A stretch of DNA of 55,677 bases from a virus (lineage: Duplodnaviria; Caudoviricetes). Shown here one piece after another: positions 9,798-20,992 of the stretch. Each line of letters starts with the position of its first letter. The stretch's first letter is position 1. The position numbers and the translations under genes are program-made. The notes beneath the pieces are model-generated. The model had not been told where the DNA came from, did no database searches, and saw only the letters and a list, made by a program, of their open reading frames with translations. The stretch is from positions 1-55,677 of the IMG/VR virus record IMGVR_UViG_3300004353_000017, one strand, 5' to 3'.

Positions 9798-12083
9798 CTA
9801 TCTATTTAATTTTAATACTTTCCAGTTACCGTTTCCGTTAGGTTTTAAATTCATTAAAAATCCTTTCTCGATTTCACTATCTTCATTTATAAATTCTACC
9901 AAGCCATAAAGATTAATAACTCTTTTACCTAAAATCATTGTACTGCCATTGATTTGCTGCATGACGTCAAAATCGCATACATGTTCAAACTCTATTTCTT
10001 CAGGTTCAAACCTTGCAGTTTCAAGTTCTGAATTAATGATATCATCATTTTCTCCATACTCGTTGCCATTACTTACTGACATATTACTAGCACTATTTAC
10101 ATAAGCCGCATCTGTTCTAAACTGCGTTTTTAATTGTCGGTTTGCGGTTGATGAACCAAACTTTAATTTTTGAGTTGCATATTTGATCAATGATGCAGAT
10201 ATCCACCAGCCATGACGTAACATTGCATTAACCGGCGACAATCGCAAATTTGTTGCTGTGTCCGGGCTGAATATTCCAGTAGGTGCTTTCGCAAAGTCGT
10301 CTTGCCATTTACGTTGAAGAAACACATCATTCGGACCCTTCTTCAAATCCAAAAAGAAAATATCCTCATCGTAAGTTGTGTCTTCAGTATCATTTAAAGT
10401 CTTTGGTTTTCTGCGGGCAAATTCCATCCCGTAACTATCAGCACGATATTTTGAAATCTGTATGTAAATGTTTTTTAATCTACTTATAAAGGTTGAAAAG
10501 TTTGATTTAACATTAAATTCATCAAGTCCAAAAGCTTCTTGATAGTCCCCACCTTTTTCGTAACCAATCTCAACTGAAGAATAATACTTATCAGCAGCAA
10601 TTGTTCGTTTTACATTCTTAACCTGGTTTGGCAATCTGATGGTAACATTTTTATTGTAAAAAAAGCTTTTCTCTTCAATTCGTACACGTTCAACATTTCC
10701 AAAGTTTTCAATACCTACGCCAATGTTTAAAATAGCTTCGGTTGAAGTAGTAAACTCATTGAAAGATGTTGTCAATGGCTTAAATAAATTTTTAATTTCT
10801 GTAGATATAGGTGTTTCTTCTTGTGGTATTGGTAGCTTATCAAATTGTCTTACCCAAAAACCGTGAGTGAAAGCGATATATGCTCCTTTACCATCTTCCG
10901 GATAACCTAAATCTTTTCGGCCAAAATAATCAGAATAAAATGCGCCAGTTTTATTGGTTGCGATTGTTACCAATCTATCAGCTAATTCATGAGCCAAAAT
11001 TGCTTTTGTCGTTGATTTCTCCTGAAAACTATCTTCGTTGACATCCATACTCACGTTTACGTTCTTAACAACAATTGATAATCTTTGCGATGATGTATTG
11101 TTAAAATCAACATTCTGATCAAAAACAAGAGCCAAACTTTCGCCAGCCAAAACCGTCACAGTCTGATCAAAAGCCAGGTTAAATGTTTGCTCAGACAACG
11201 CATTGTAATTAGTTTCCATCAATAAAAACATATTATCCTTATAATCCAGTTCCCCGCCATTAGTATATTTGGCTATCCTCACATAAAATGTAAAATTATC
11301 GACATCATCAAAAACATCCATTATAACTGTAAACTGCAGCTTTAAATCAATTTTAAGGTCTCTATCCTTATCAGATAAGGCAAAGAAAAGAAGTGATGCC
11401 TGACCCCTTCCAGTTCTCGGAAATGAATTATCATCAATCAATGTTCCTGAAATAGGTGACTGAGCAGATTCATGAGATTTATTCACCAAAACCATAGGAA
11501 CAGGCGCAGTACACCCTCTTGTATTTCCATCAGAAGATGTACTTACAAGCTGAATCCAGTTATCACTTGGATTTGTTTTGAATTTGGTCTGAAGAAATAT
11601 CCTTCTACCTTCTAATTCAACATCTATTGTTTTAAGTTCCGGAATAATTGTATCATTAATTGTAGTGGTACGATAAACTTCGACACTTTCTGAGTCCCTG
11701 GCTTTTAATTCCTGCTCTAATCCTCCTGAGTTGAATTTGACAGATACTTGTCCATCTGCTTTGCCCCAAGTCGATAAATCTAAATATCCGGAATACGACA
11801 ACGTCCAAACGTCTGTTTGAGGATGCTTTTCATTACGAGTCAATTTAATCTCAGCCATTATGCCGTAAATATCCTTTATAAGCTGAATGTAGTCCTTAGC
11901 TTCTCCAACAAACTTTAGAGCATTGGAGAATTTTGGAAAGATTCCGTGATATTTTTCATGTCTGGAGTACTCCTTATCGTCAGCTGTCCATCCTATAGGT
12001 TCAATTGTTACAATGTCGCCCATATCCTTATTGCTAAGGATATATTGGACGCGATCATTATATTGTGGATTTATATTTCCCAT
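9798..12083 (-). CDS. Tail tip / hub-like structural protein
   Basis: 761 aa, directly downstream of the tape measure gene (1 nt overlap). Confidence 0.7.
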   Translation of the reverse strand: MGNINPQYNDRVQYILSNKDMGDIVTIEPIGWTADDKEYSRHEKYHGIFPKFSNALKFVGEAKDYIQLIKDIYGIMAEIKLTRNEKHPQTDVWTLSYSGYLDLSTWGKADGQVSVKFNSGGLEQELKARDSESVEVYRTTTINDTIIPELKTIDVELEGRRIFLQTKFKTNPSDNWIQLVSTSSDGNTRGCTAPVPMVLVNKSHESAQSPISGTLIDDNSFPRTGRGQASLLFFALSDKDRDLKIDLKLQFTVIMDVFDDVDNFTFYVRIAKYTNGGELDYKDNMFLLMETNYNALSEQTFNLAFDQTVTVLAGESLALVFDQNVDFNNTSSQRLSIVVKNVNVSMDVNEDSFQEKSTTKAILAHELADRLVTIATNKTGAFYSDYFGRKDLGYPEDGKGAYIAFTHGFWVRQFDKLPIPQEETPISTEIKNLFKPLTTSFNEFTTSTEAILNIGVGIENFGNVERVRIEEKSFFYNKNVTIRLPNQVKNVKRTIAADKYYSSVEIGYEKGGDYQEAFGLDEFNVKSNFSTFISRLKNIYIQISKYRADSYGMEFARRKPKTLNDTEDTTYDEDIFFLDLKKGPNDVFLQRKWQDDFAKAPTGIFSPDTATNLRLSPVNAMLRHGWWISASLIKYATQKLKFGSSTANRQLKTQFRTDAAYVNSASNMSVSNGNEYGENDDIINSELETARFEPEEIEFEHVCDFDVMQQINGSTMILGKRVINLYGLVEFINEDSEIEKGFLMNLKPNGNGNWKVLKLNR

Positions 12084-15000
12084 TAGTTCCAGTTTGTATT
12101 TTTAGATTTCCAAAGAGCGTGAGGAATATCGATTTTCTGTGAATGAAAAACAGCCGGTTTTTGATTTTGGATTGCTTTTCGAGTCAGTTTCATTTCATCA
12201 AGAAGTTCTTTACCATACGAAGCTTCAAAGTATTGTGACGCTTGAAAATCACTCATCTTTCTACCTTCCATATTTAAACTTGCCATCATTGCTGCACGTT
12301 GTAATTTATTGTAATCTCCCACAGATTTATGAACTGTATCACCTTCGTATAACTGAACAATCTTGTTTTTTCCAGTTGGAACTTCGATTCCTCCATGACT
12401 ACGTTCGATAACCTCCTGAACATATCCCCCATTTGGCGCGATTCCGTCATTAATAACTGCAATCTCTTTTTTACCACCTTTACGTCCATCTTTATATTTT
12501 GGTAATGGTGCGGCGACTATTGCGGCGATTTGTGCTGCCCCTATTGCTCCTACAACTGCTGCTAATCCGATACCAATAACAGGGATTGTTAATGCAGCGC
12601 TGACTGCCTGATAAGTATTTATAACAGTCTGCGCAATTGCAGAGGCTTTATTAAAAATTGCTTGCTTTTGCTGTTCTTTACGCTTCTTTTTTTCTAATTC
12701 CTCATTCTTCTTATCGCGCTCTTTTTCGAGTAAACCCTTTTGTTTCTCATCGTTTTTGGCAAGCTCAATCTGTCTTGCATAATATTCATCATTAGCTTTC
12801 TGATCAGATTCTATATTTTGAATACGTGAATCGAAAATTGCATTACCCAGATCAACTAAAACATTGTGCAATTCCAGTGATGTTTCTTTAATTCTTTCAA
12901 GCTGTTCTTTCTCACGTTGTAATCTTTGCTCTTTAGTTTCAATATCAGTATTTGTTTGCTCAACACTTAATTGTTTTCGGTAAATAGCCAATTCATTTTC
13001 AAGCTTCTTTATTTTATCCGTTGAAATAGCCGAACCGTCTGTCCTTTTCTTTTCAGCATCTAACAAGGCCTGAATACTATCTATTTGAGTTTTTAGGCCT
13101 GCTTTTGCAAAATCAGATGTTATTTGAAACATCCTTTGTTCATGATCTTTTTTAGCCTTTTCTAATAGAGCATAATTATCTCCGGCTAACTGATACTCTG
13201 TTCTAAATTGCTCATTTTCCTTTAATAATTCATCTTGAAGCTTTGTATCTTGAGCAAGTAACTCATCCTCAATTTTCTTTTTTACAAGGTCAACCTCAGC
13301 ATCGATCAGTTTTTGTCGATCTTTTACGCTTTGCTGTTCATTCTTTTGCTTGTCCGCGTTAAATTTCTCCAGGATTAGCAATTCAGCTTGCGTCATATCT
13401 TTGACCGCTACTTTACCAGCAGTAAGAGCTTCGATTCTGTCTTTTGTTGACTTGAAGAAAAGTGCTCTTTTAAGGGTGGAAAGCTTCTCTAATTCCTTTC
13501 CTTCTAAAGCGTTATTAAACAATTCATATTCCAGAGTTTCTTCATTTTTAGAAATTCTTAATTGCTCGTTCTCTAAATATGCATTAAGGCGTTCCTCAGT
13601 AGATTTCTTATCATCATCAATAATTAACTGATTTGTATCGATAGCATTTTGTAAGCGAAATTGATTCAAATTATAAATGGCGTCTCTAATACGTTTTTGA
13701 TTTTCTAATTGCTTTTTAATTAGTTTTTCACCATCGTTTTCCTGAGCTTTATTGTTGTTATAGATTAAATTTCTTTCATCATTCAGCGCTTTAATTTTGG
13801 CTTTTATGATATTTCCTTCACGTCCAGTCTTGTCAGAAAGTGTTTTTACAAGATCTTCCTGAGCAGCAATTTCTGCATCAATAACAGCAATAGTTCGTGG
13901 AGCATTTTCTGCCTGCTCTTTTGCCTCCTTATCTCTTAAAGCAATAGCTTGCTTCTGAGCGTCAGTTAATCCCTTTAATGCTCGAATATGTTGTTTAGTA
14001 TTTTCAATTGCTTCTTCATTCTGGAAGCGTTTTTTTGCATAAAGCGCAATATCTTCTTTTGTTAAATCCAAATAACCCTGAAACGTTCCTCCTCTCTTTT
14101 TAAGAACACCGTCCATTTTAACAACATATCCAATGCCTTCGATTAAAGAACCATTGTTTTTATCTGTAGAAACATTTAGGTAATCTTGCTCTTTTCTTAG
14201 CTCTCTTAATAAAGAAATATTCTCATCCAGTTTAACTGCATTTTCAGTCTTAATCATTTCATTTCTGGCATCAATATAAGCTCTGGTTTTCGCTGTATTT
14301 ATAGCAATTGCATTTCCGTACTTATCCATTTTGGAAGTTGCCCCGGGAACTGTTTGTGATAATGTTTCAATAATTTTATTAAGCTCCTTTTGCTCCTCTG
14401 AAGAAAGTTTCGTTTTGGCTTTCAACTCATCGTATCTATCCGACAAATCACTTATTGAAATAGCATTTTTGGCAGTTGAATCTTTAAGTTTTAAGAATTC
14501 ATCAGTATTTTTTTTCGTTGCTTCATAGTTTTCTGCCAATGATTTTGTGAGTTTACTGTACAGATATGCTACGGTGGCCAAAGCTGCGATAATCAAGAAC
14601 AACGCATTAGCTTTTAATGCAGCATTCAATCTCGAAGCAGAACTTGTGGCTGTATTCATTGCAGCAACGTTGGCGGCATGTGAAGCAGCAAGAATATCTG
14701 TTGACGCAGCATTTTGACCTGCAGCGACCGAATTTGCTTCAAGTGCTACTGTATTTTCAATAGTAGCAGCTGTACTCAATGTTGTAGCAAATGTCATTAA
14801 CCGGGTTTGAACAGTTGCCAGGAATAATTTCGCTTTGTAAGCAAGCCAAAGTGTACCTGCGTAAACAGCCAAATCAATAACTTGCTTTAAATTCCCACTC
14901 AAAAAGCTCAGAACTGAAGTCATTATTTTTGTTCCTCCAATCGCTTCGTTATTGTCAAGGATATACTCCTCCCATGCAGAAGAAAGAATTTCTAATTCAG

Positions 15001-16516
15001 AATTTAATGACTTTAATTGCTTATCTGTCAATTCGGCCAATGCTCCATTACTGTTTTCGTAAGCAAGTGTACTTGCATTAATTTTCTCAGTGTTATTTGC
15101 CAATATCAAAGCTAATTTACCAGCCTCACCGCCAAATGTTTTATTGGCGATATTTAGCACTTCCATACTGGACTTGTTAGATTTTTGAGCATCAGTAATT
15201 TTCTTCAATGCTTCTTCCAGTGTTAAGCCCTGATCCGAGATTTTACCAAGTCCAGTTGCTAACAGTCGTCCCGCGCTTTCAGCTTTAATACCATTATCTG
15301 TAAGCGTACCAATTAAAGCAGCAGTTTTTTCAACAGAAATTCCTAAAGTGTTTGCTACTGGTGCTATATATCCGAAGGAGTCTCTTAAGCCGTCAAAATC
15401 TAATGCAGATCTATTAGCACTCTCTGCTAATACGTCCGTGAAATGTGTGGCCTGATCGGCCCCTTCCTGATATGCATTTAAAAGAGATTTAACCAAAGTT
15501 GCACTATCTTCAGCACTGGTTTTTAAAGCAATTGACAAGTCATTTACTGGTTTTAACAATTTGGAAACCTCTTCCGGAGTAGAACCCAGTTTCACTAACT
15601 CAGTCGCTAATTTTGCAACATCTGTTGCACTGTTTATACTTGCAGCAGCAACTGCACGAATATCTGCTTCTAATGGTGCAATCTCCTCTCTGGAATACCC
15701 AGCTATCGCAGCCAGATTAACAATTTCAGCTTCAAAGTTTCTAACAATATCAAAAGCTTGTTTAGTGATGTCAACAAAAGTCTGAATACCTACAACTAAT
15801 CCAAATGCTTCAACAAGATCTTTTAAACCTTTGGCCGCATTCATCGGATAATTACCAACATTATCGTTAAAGAGGCTTACCGCACGGTTTGCCGCAACAA
15901 CTTTACTGTGAAGTTCATCAAATTCAGCCTGTGCCTTTCTAAGCCTTGCATTATAATGATCGGTGGTTTCGTCTGCTCTCTTACCAAGAATGATAAGGTT
16001 TTGCAATGCAGTAGCTGCCAGCTTTTTCTTAGCGGTTAACTTCTCATACTCGGTTGCTAATTTTGAATTGATTATTGCTAGGTTCTTAGCATTTCGAGTT
16101 AAAACACCTTGATCATATATTTCCTGAGCACTTTTTTTAGCAGTTGAATCTTTAGCTTTTTGAAGCTTATTTTCTGCATCAATAGCAGCCTGTTTTGCTT
16201 TTCTTTCAGCATCCAATAATGCGATACTAGATATCTTGATTTTATTGGCCGATATTTCTGCTGCTTCTTGTTCTTTAAGCGATAAAATCGCTTTTTGAGT
16301 TGCTAAGATTCCCTGTTGTAATGCAGCTGCATATTGAGAATTACTAGTCGATTCCTTTATTTTTTGTTGAATTGTTGCAATTTGGACAATACCTTGAACA
16401 AATTCTTTATTTTTATCAATTGCAATTTGGGTGTTCTTAGCATAGTCAGGACCCCAAGTCAAAGCCTCTTCTTCGATGACGTCTTTACGAGTAATTATAC
16501 CTTTAGAATTTGCCAT
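12083..16516 (-). CDS. Tail tape measure protein (TP901-family core)
   Basis: 1477 aa, Ala-rich helical/coiled-coil; TP901-like segment (DVLAESAN.S...L...F.YIAPVA..LG.S.E.TAALIG.L.D.GIKAE.AG). Confidence 0.93.
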   Translation of the reverse strand: MANSKGIITRKDVIEEEALTWGPDYAKNTQIAIDKNKEFVQGIVQIATIQQKIKESTSNSQYAAALQQGILATQKAILSLKEQEAAEISANKIKISSIALLDAERKAKQAAIDAENKLQKAKDSTAKKSAQEIYDQGVLTRNAKNLAIINSKLATEYEKLTAKKKLAATALQNLIILGKRADETTDHYNARLRKAQAEFDELHSKVVAANRAVSLFNDNVGNYPMNAAKGLKDLVEAFGLVVGIQTFVDITKQAFDIVRNFEAEIVNLAAIAGYSREEIAPLEADIRAVAAASINSATDVAKLATELVKLGSTPEEVSKLLKPVNDLSIALKTSAEDSATLVKSLLNAYQEGADQATHFTDVLAESANRSALDFDGLRDSFGYIAPVANTLGISVEKTAALIGTLTDNGIKAESAGRLLATGLGKISDQGLTLEEALKKITDAQKSNKSSMEVLNIANKTFGGEAGKLALILANNTEKINASTLAYENSNGALAELTDKQLKSLNSELEILSSAWEEYILDNNEAIGGTKIMTSVLSFLSGNLKQVIDLAVYAGTLWLAYKAKLFLATVQTRLMTFATTLSTAATIENTVALEANSVAAGQNAASTDILAASHAANVAAMNTATSSASRLNAALKANALFLIIAALATVAYLYSKLTKSLAENYEATKKNTDEFLKLKDSTAKNAISISDLSDRYDELKAKTKLSSEEQKELNKIIETLSQTVPGATSKMDKYGNAIAINTAKTRAYIDARNEMIKTENAVKLDENISLLRELRKEQDYLNVSTDKNNGSLIEGIGYVVKMDGVLKKRGGTFQGYLDLTKEDIALYAKKRFQNEEAIENTKQHIRALKGLTDAQKQAIALRDKEAKEQAENAPRTIAVIDAEIAAQEDLVKTLSDKTGREGNIIKAKIKALNDERNLIYNNNKAQENDGEKLIKKQLENQKRIRDAIYNLNQFRLQNAIDTNQLIIDDDKKSTEERLNAYLENEQLRISKNEETLEYELFNNALEGKELEKLSTLKRALFFKSTKDRIEALTAGKVAVKDMTQAELLILEKFNADKQKNEQQSVKDRQKLIDAEVDLVKKKIEDELLAQDTKLQDELLKENEQFRTEYQLAGDNYALLEKAKKDHEQRMFQITSDFAKAGLKTQIDSIQALLDAEKKRTDGSAISTDKIKKLENELAIYRKQLSVEQTNTDIETKEQRLQREKEQLERIKETSLELHNVLVDLGNAIFDSRIQNIESDQKANDEYYARQIELAKNDEKQKGLLEKERDKKNEELEKKKRKEQQKQAIFNKASAIAQTVINTYQAVSAALTIPVIGIGLAAVVGAIGAAQIAAIVAAPLPKYKDGRKGGKKEIAVINDGIAPNGGYVQEVIERSHGGIEVPTGKNKIVQLYEGDTVHKSVGDYNKLQRAAMMASLNMEGRKMSDFQASQYFEASYGKELLDEMKLTRKAIQNQKPAVFHSQKIDIPHALWKSKNTNWN

Positions 16517-16517
16517 T

Positions 16518-17108
16518 TTATTTCTTTTTTACTTCTTGTTTTTTGAGTGCTTCTATTTTGGAATTGACCTGCTTTTCGTAGCCATAGTAAGCTGTATATG
16601 TGATCGCATTAAAGTCCCCAATATGAAAACCAAGTATTGAACAGTAAGACGCCATGATATCATCTACTGTGTACTGTTGTCCAGCTTCGAGTTTTGGAAG
16701 ATGTTTTTTCAAAACACCTATTTTGACCTTAAAGGCTTTGGATTCTCGTTCGATTCTGTCGATATCTTGATAATAAATTTCACTGTCAGTTAATCGTAAT
16801 GTAAAGCCATATTCAACAGTTAAAATCTCAAACAGTTGTTCATCAAAAGCGAACCTCAACGCCTGGCATGAAAACAAGACAACTTTAAGCTGTGTCTCAA
16901 GTGAGTCAACTTCCTTCTTTATCCTGAACACCTTTTTGCCTTGCTCAGTAGAGTTTTCGCGCTCTAAGTGCTCATTGTATATCGATTCCCAAATCTTTTG
17001 TAAAGCCTGCTCGTCAGTTTCCGTATCGGAAAGAAGTTTGACGTTTCCCGTGTCAACTATTCTGTAAAAAATTTTATACGGTATGGTATCTAAAGTCGAA
17101 TAAGTCAT
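16518..17108 (-). CDS. Putative tail assembly chaperone
   Basis: Helical protein immediately upstream of the tape measure gene. Confidence 0.55.
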   Translation of the reverse strand: MTYSTLDTIPYKIFYRIVDTGNVKLLSDTETDEQALQKIWESIYNEHLERENSTEQGKKVFRIKKEVDSLETQLKVVLFSCQALRFAFDEQLFEILTVEYGFTLRLTDSEIYYQDIDRIERESKAFKVKIGVLKKHLPKLEAGQQYTVDDIMASYCSILGFHIGDFNAITYTAYYGYEKQVNSKIEALKKQEVKKK

Positions 17109-17563
17109 ATTTCAAGGGTATTGCGAACGTTTTTAATAAAAAAAGGAAGTAATCTGCGTGTGATTACTTCCTTTAGTTCTTTATCAGTTAATCCAAAAAG
17201 TTCATCAGAAAGCCATGTATTATCAGGTCCGTCGCTAAGTATTTCATTTGTTTTGGGATCTGTTGAACCAAACCTCAACACTCCTGAAACCTCTTGCAGA
17301 TAAAAGCCCTTAAACCAATCACCGGTATCAATTCCAGTAAAAGGATCTCCCGCCTTTTTTTTGCCGCCGGACATTATCTCTGTACCTTCCGAATAAAAAC
17401 CTATTGGATTGCCGAAAATATCCTTGCTGTCAACAGAAAGCCTTCGCTTTTCCATTTCTACCAATTCTTTCTCTAGGCTTTTGATATACTTAAAAAGATC
17501 ACTCTGCAGTTTTCGGGGTTTCAGTTTCTTTGCTCTTGCTAGGTGTTCCTGAAATGTTGCCAT
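17105..17563 (-). CDS. Putative tail completion / virion morphogenesis protein
   Basis: DTG.W..GF motif reminiscent of neck/tail-completion proteins; position in tail module. Confidence 0.5.
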   Translation of the reverse strand: MATFQEHLARAKKLKPRKLQSDLFKYIKSLEKELVEMEKRRLSVDSKDIFGNPIGFYSEGTEIMSGGKKKAGDPFTGIDTGDWFKGFYLQEVSGVLRFGSTDPKTNEILSDGPDNTWLSDELFGLTDKELKEVITRRLLPFFIKNVRNTLEI

Positions 17564-17714
17564 CGGTCGCGATTTTATGAGCTTTTTTTAGTTCAGCTTC
17601 TCTTTCTCCGGATGGGATTTCTTTAAAAATGTGAGTTGAAGCAAACTCTTTTTTAAATTCTGCAAAGGGCTTATTGTAGCCCTCTGCAAAAACAATCCCT
17701 TTATAAGTCCTCAT
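17499..17714 (-). CDS. Small hypothetical protein after the major tail gene
   Basis: Coupled to the MTP stop (TAATG); overlaps the next gene by 65 nt. Confidence 0.55.
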   Translation of the reverse strand: MRTYKGIVFAEGYNKPFAEFKKEFASTHIFKEIPSGEREAELKKAHKIATDGNISGTPSKSKETETPKTAE

Positions 17715-18589
17715 TAAACTATTGTGATAGTAAGAGGTGTAGGACTCTCATAAGAAATTCCGGTTTGAGTAATTACACCGTTAAGACCAACAGTAAATCC
17801 ATTTGTGAAACCGGTACCAGTTACTTTGTAAACTCCTTCAGAGTTTGCCGGAACAAATGAAACAGTCTCAGTTGCGCCAGTTGTGTCTTTTACAACAATA
17901 TTAGCAGCAAGGAATGCTGTTAACTCTTCATCACCACCAGAACAACCATCCGTAGCTGTGAATTCGATTTCTGTAGCGGAAGCCGAGATCTGATTTATTG
18001 TTACATCAAATATTCCGTAGATATCATCAGCACCCCAACCTTCAGGTCGGAAAATAGCACCATCATCTTCAAACTCATTGTAATCTTTATAGTTAAGGGT
18101 TACTTGAGTTGATGCTGGTCTGTCAGCAGTAGGATCAATACGTTTTCCAACGTTCATCACGATAGATTGGCCTTTTACGGTTCCATCATCATTGATTACG
18201 CCCTTGATTGCTCCATCTTCTGTAAACTCAAATAAACCTAATTCAGATTTATGGTAAGTTTTTAAAGCAGAGTGTGAACAAAGGCTCAAAAAGCTATTGT
18301 AAGTGCTAACTTTTTTACCTGAAGAAGTAATGTATTGATTTCTTCTACCTTCAAATACAGTGTCCTCTGTATTTGCGGAAGCCAATTCTTCCACTTCGTA
18401 TAATGGAATGATTTGTTTGGCCGCAATAGCCGTGTCCCATTTCGCTTTGTCTTTTGCATCTGCAATGGAATCAAATTTGAAACCCGGAATATGGACCGCC
18501 GTTTTAATAGTAAGCCCTTCAAGACACTGCTCTTTTGCTCCAGTGTTCTTTTTGGCTTTCTTTTTGTTTTTACATTCTTGATAAACCAT
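17714..18589 (-). CDS. Major tail (tube) protein
   Basis: 291 aa, between head-tail genes and chaperone/TMP; C-terminal Ig-like beta region. Confidence 0.7.
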   Translation of the reverse strand: MVYQECKNKKKAKKNTGAKEQCLEGLTIKTAVHIPGFKFDSIADAKDKAKWDTAIAAKQIIPLYEVEELASANTEDTVFEGRRNQYITSSGKKVSTYNSFLSLCSHSALKTYHKSELGLFEFTEDGAIKGVINDDGTVKGQSIVMNVGKRIDPTADRPASTQVTLNYKDYNEFEDDGAIFRPEGWGADDIYGIFDVTINQISASATEIEFTATDGCSGGDEELTAFLAANIVVKDTTGATETVSFVPANSEGVYKVTGTGFTNGFTVGLNGVITQTGISYESPTPLTITIV

Positions 18590-18605
18590 GATGTATAATT
18601 TTTAA

Positions 18606-19124
18606 TTAACAATTAATTTTGTACTTCAATTTTCCCGTAATAGCGAATACATGAAAGGGTTGCATGTCCAAAAGCTTTATTTGATTTGTGTTGAAACCTT
18701 TAAAAACAGACTCAATACCTTTTTCGAAACCATCAACTTGGAACATCCTATGTTTTTTCACTATCGTTAAAGCTTCAATTTCAGCTTCCATATCAGCGCG
18801 ATGAGTTATGCTTGGTTTTACTTTTTTTAGATCAACCATGAACACAATTTTAACCTCGCTGTACCAGAATACCCGGTTATCTGTAGTATGAACCTCATCA
18901 TCGATAAAGAAAATGTTTGCTGCTTTTAGATCATTTGTGAATACATCTTTGTACTCACCTTTACCAAAGTAAAATTCTGGTACCAGGCCTTTTTCTTTTG
19001 ATTGATTTTTATGAACTCGGCCAAATACATCAATCGGTGACCAGCCAAGTTTTTCAAACAAAGCAGTTTGAATAAGCTGTATCTCTTTATCAATTCCTTT
19101 TGGTTTTGTGATTACGTAGTTCAT
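18606..19124 (-). CDS. Head-tail connector / tail terminator-like protein
   Basis: Synteny and size (172 aa). Confidence 0.55.
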   Translation of the reverse strand: MNYVITKPKGIDKEIQLIQTALFEKLGWSPIDVFGRVHKNQSKEKGLVPEFYFGKGEYKDVFTNDLKAANIFFIDDEVHTTDNRVFWYSEVKIVFMVDLKKVKPSITHRADMEAEIEALTIVKKHRMFQVDGFEKGIESVFKGFNTNQIKLLDMQPFHVFAITGKLKYKINC

Positions 19125-19127
19125 ATT

Positions 19128-19706
19128 TTACCAAACTGATGGGCTATTAACAATTACTTTATAAGGAAAAATGATTTTTTGTGCTTTTTTAATGCTTTGT
19201 TCTAACTTAAAGATGATACCCTTCGCGATAAAATGACCGTTGTCGTTCTTTGCCCCTTCCAATTCTACTTTCAATGCCTGATAACTCATTTTAGCACTTC
19301 TTTCATTGAAGTTCTTTCTGGTCGTAGAAATGAATAATTCAATCATTTTTATCGCTACTGAATAACCAATAGCATCATCAAATAAAGTAGGCCTTGTGAT
19401 GATTATTTGTGAGTAATCATTTTCCGGATCGTAATCAACATAAGTTTCAAGAAGAGAAGTAAGCACGCTTAAAACAGCCTGCTTTCTAACGTCAGTTAAA
19501 TAAGCATTGAAGGCTGTTTCTGACATTTCAGTATCCGGTACAGCTGCATAAATATTATCAACCAATGTCAATGAATGATACCAATTGAATTTCTTTCCAG
19601 ATTGAGCAGATAGATTTTCCGGAGTTAAAACGAATGGAAGGCCTGAGGATAACTCAGACCAACCAATTCGGTTTATAAGTACTTCTATAGCTTCTTGACT
19701 GTACAT
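19128..19706 (-). CDS. Head-tail adaptor-like protein
   Basis: Helical 192 aa ORF directly after the capsid gene. Confidence 0.55.
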   Translation of the reverse strand: MYSQEAIEVLINRIGWSELSSGLPFVLTPENLSAQSGKKFNWYHSLTLVDNIYAAVPDTEMSETAFNAYLTDVRKQAVLSVLTSLLETYVDYDPENDYSQIIITRPTLFDDAIGYSVAIKMIELFISTTRKNFNERSAKMSYQALKVELEGAKNDNGHFIAKGIIFKLEQSIKKAQKIIFPYKVIVNSPSVW

Positions 19707-19707
19707 A

Positions 19708-20982
19708 TTAAGCCGGAGTTATATTTCCTTCAAATTTCAACACATCTTCTTCAGATAATTTGTTGATACCAGATTGAATATTAGCATCAGTAGTGCTGAC
19801 AGTAATCGTTGAATTTGGCTTAATTAGTTTGTATGCAGCAACAACAGAGACTTTAGTATAGTTCGTTCCTTTGTATGCAAAGTTTGCATCACCTTCTGTT
19901 TGTGCATCAGTCACAGCTTCTTCAGTATCTAATAAATAAATACTGTCAACTGCGTCAATTACAGGAATAACTAAAGCTTGAGAAGAAGTATATTCTGCAA
20001 ATGGTTCTTCATTTGACCATTTCTTGATCAGGATAAAGCTTCCGGCTTTTGTGTACGTTGCTGCTTTTGACTTTCTGGTTTCCTCGGCCAAAATACCGTA
20101 CATCAATCGACCAACTTTTGAAGTTTCTAAGAAAACTACTTTGTTAGCTTCCCAAGGAGTTTTAACTTCACGCTTTCCATCTCTTTCGACGATAATAGTT
20201 CTGTCAACAATGTTGATTTGAATTTTATATCTCTTTTGGAGCATAGAGTTTACTTGCTCGAGATCCGGAATAGGAACATTCCCGCCGACGAAGTTTTGAG
20301 AAAAAGCAAAGTATTGACGAACTTGATCATTCTGTGCTAAAATATCAAATGCATTCTGGTCCATCATAAGGATCTTTATGGACACTCCTTTGTCTTTAGC
20401 AGCTTTTATAACTCTTGTAATATCATCAAGTGGTTTAGCATTAGCATCTGACCATTTAATTGATGCTCCGAATTTGTTGGCGTCTTTATAACCGTAATCA
20501 ATACGGATTCCGGTACCAACGTTTTCGGTATCTTCAACTACTGTTATTCCTGTTGACAGTCCTTTCAAGAAAATATATTCCAATTTCTCGTAGACTCCCA
20601 TCGTACATGCAACAGCATCATTGAAGATCTTTTCAATAATTACTTTGTTCTCTACTTTTTTGTTGATAAGGATATCGATGTCTGAAAGTTGTTTTTCAGT
20701 CATCTGTTTTTTCATACCTAACTTGGTAATCTCTCCGTCAGCAGTAGAAATCGCGTCACGTTTCTTTAATGGCATTTCAGAATCCATGGAAACAACATCT
20801 GCTGCTACGATGGTACTGTTTACAGATAAAGAAGACCACTTAAGATCGGTTGACAATTCTTCGGTAAGCATTGCTTTATGCAAATAACTTAATTCCGTGG
20901 TACCGCCATTTACTTTTGTTACTACTCCAAGTATGATGGCACTTAACCATGAAACATACTTTACAAATAATGATTCTTTCAT
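19708..20982 (-). CDS. Major capsid protein (lambda gpE-like family) with C-terminal extension
   Basis: AADVVSMDSE.PLK.R, G.I.KLGMKK, IDYG, W....A.P.DDI patterns; follows decoration and scaffold genes. Confidence 0.85.
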   Translation of the reverse strand: MKESLFVKYVSWLSAIILGVVTKVNGGTTELSYLHKAMLTEELSTDLKWSSLSVNSTIVAADVVSMDSEMPLKKRDAISTADGEITKLGMKKQMTEKQLSDIDILINKKVENKVIIEKIFNDAVACTMGVYEKLEYIFLKGLSTGITVVEDTENVGTGIRIDYGYKDANKFGASIKWSDANAKPLDDITRVIKAAKDKGVSIKILMMDQNAFDILAQNDQVRQYFAFSQNFVGGNVPIPDLEQVNSMLQKRYKIQINIVDRTIIVERDGKREVKTPWEANKVVFLETSKVGRLMYGILAEETRKSKAATYTKAGSFILIKKWSNEEPFAEYTSSQALVIPVIDAVDSIYLLDTEEAVTDAQTEGDANFAYKGTNYTKVSVVAAYKLIKPNSTITVSTTDANIQSGINKLSEEDVLKFEGNITPA

Positions 20983-20992
20983 ATTCTTCTAA

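Noticed and set aside
17499-17714. Programmed -1 frameshift (A AAA AAA near 17583-17589) producing a G/GT-like chaperone
   Set aside because: The downstream ORF 17105-17563 is in the +1, not -1, frame and has its own ATG
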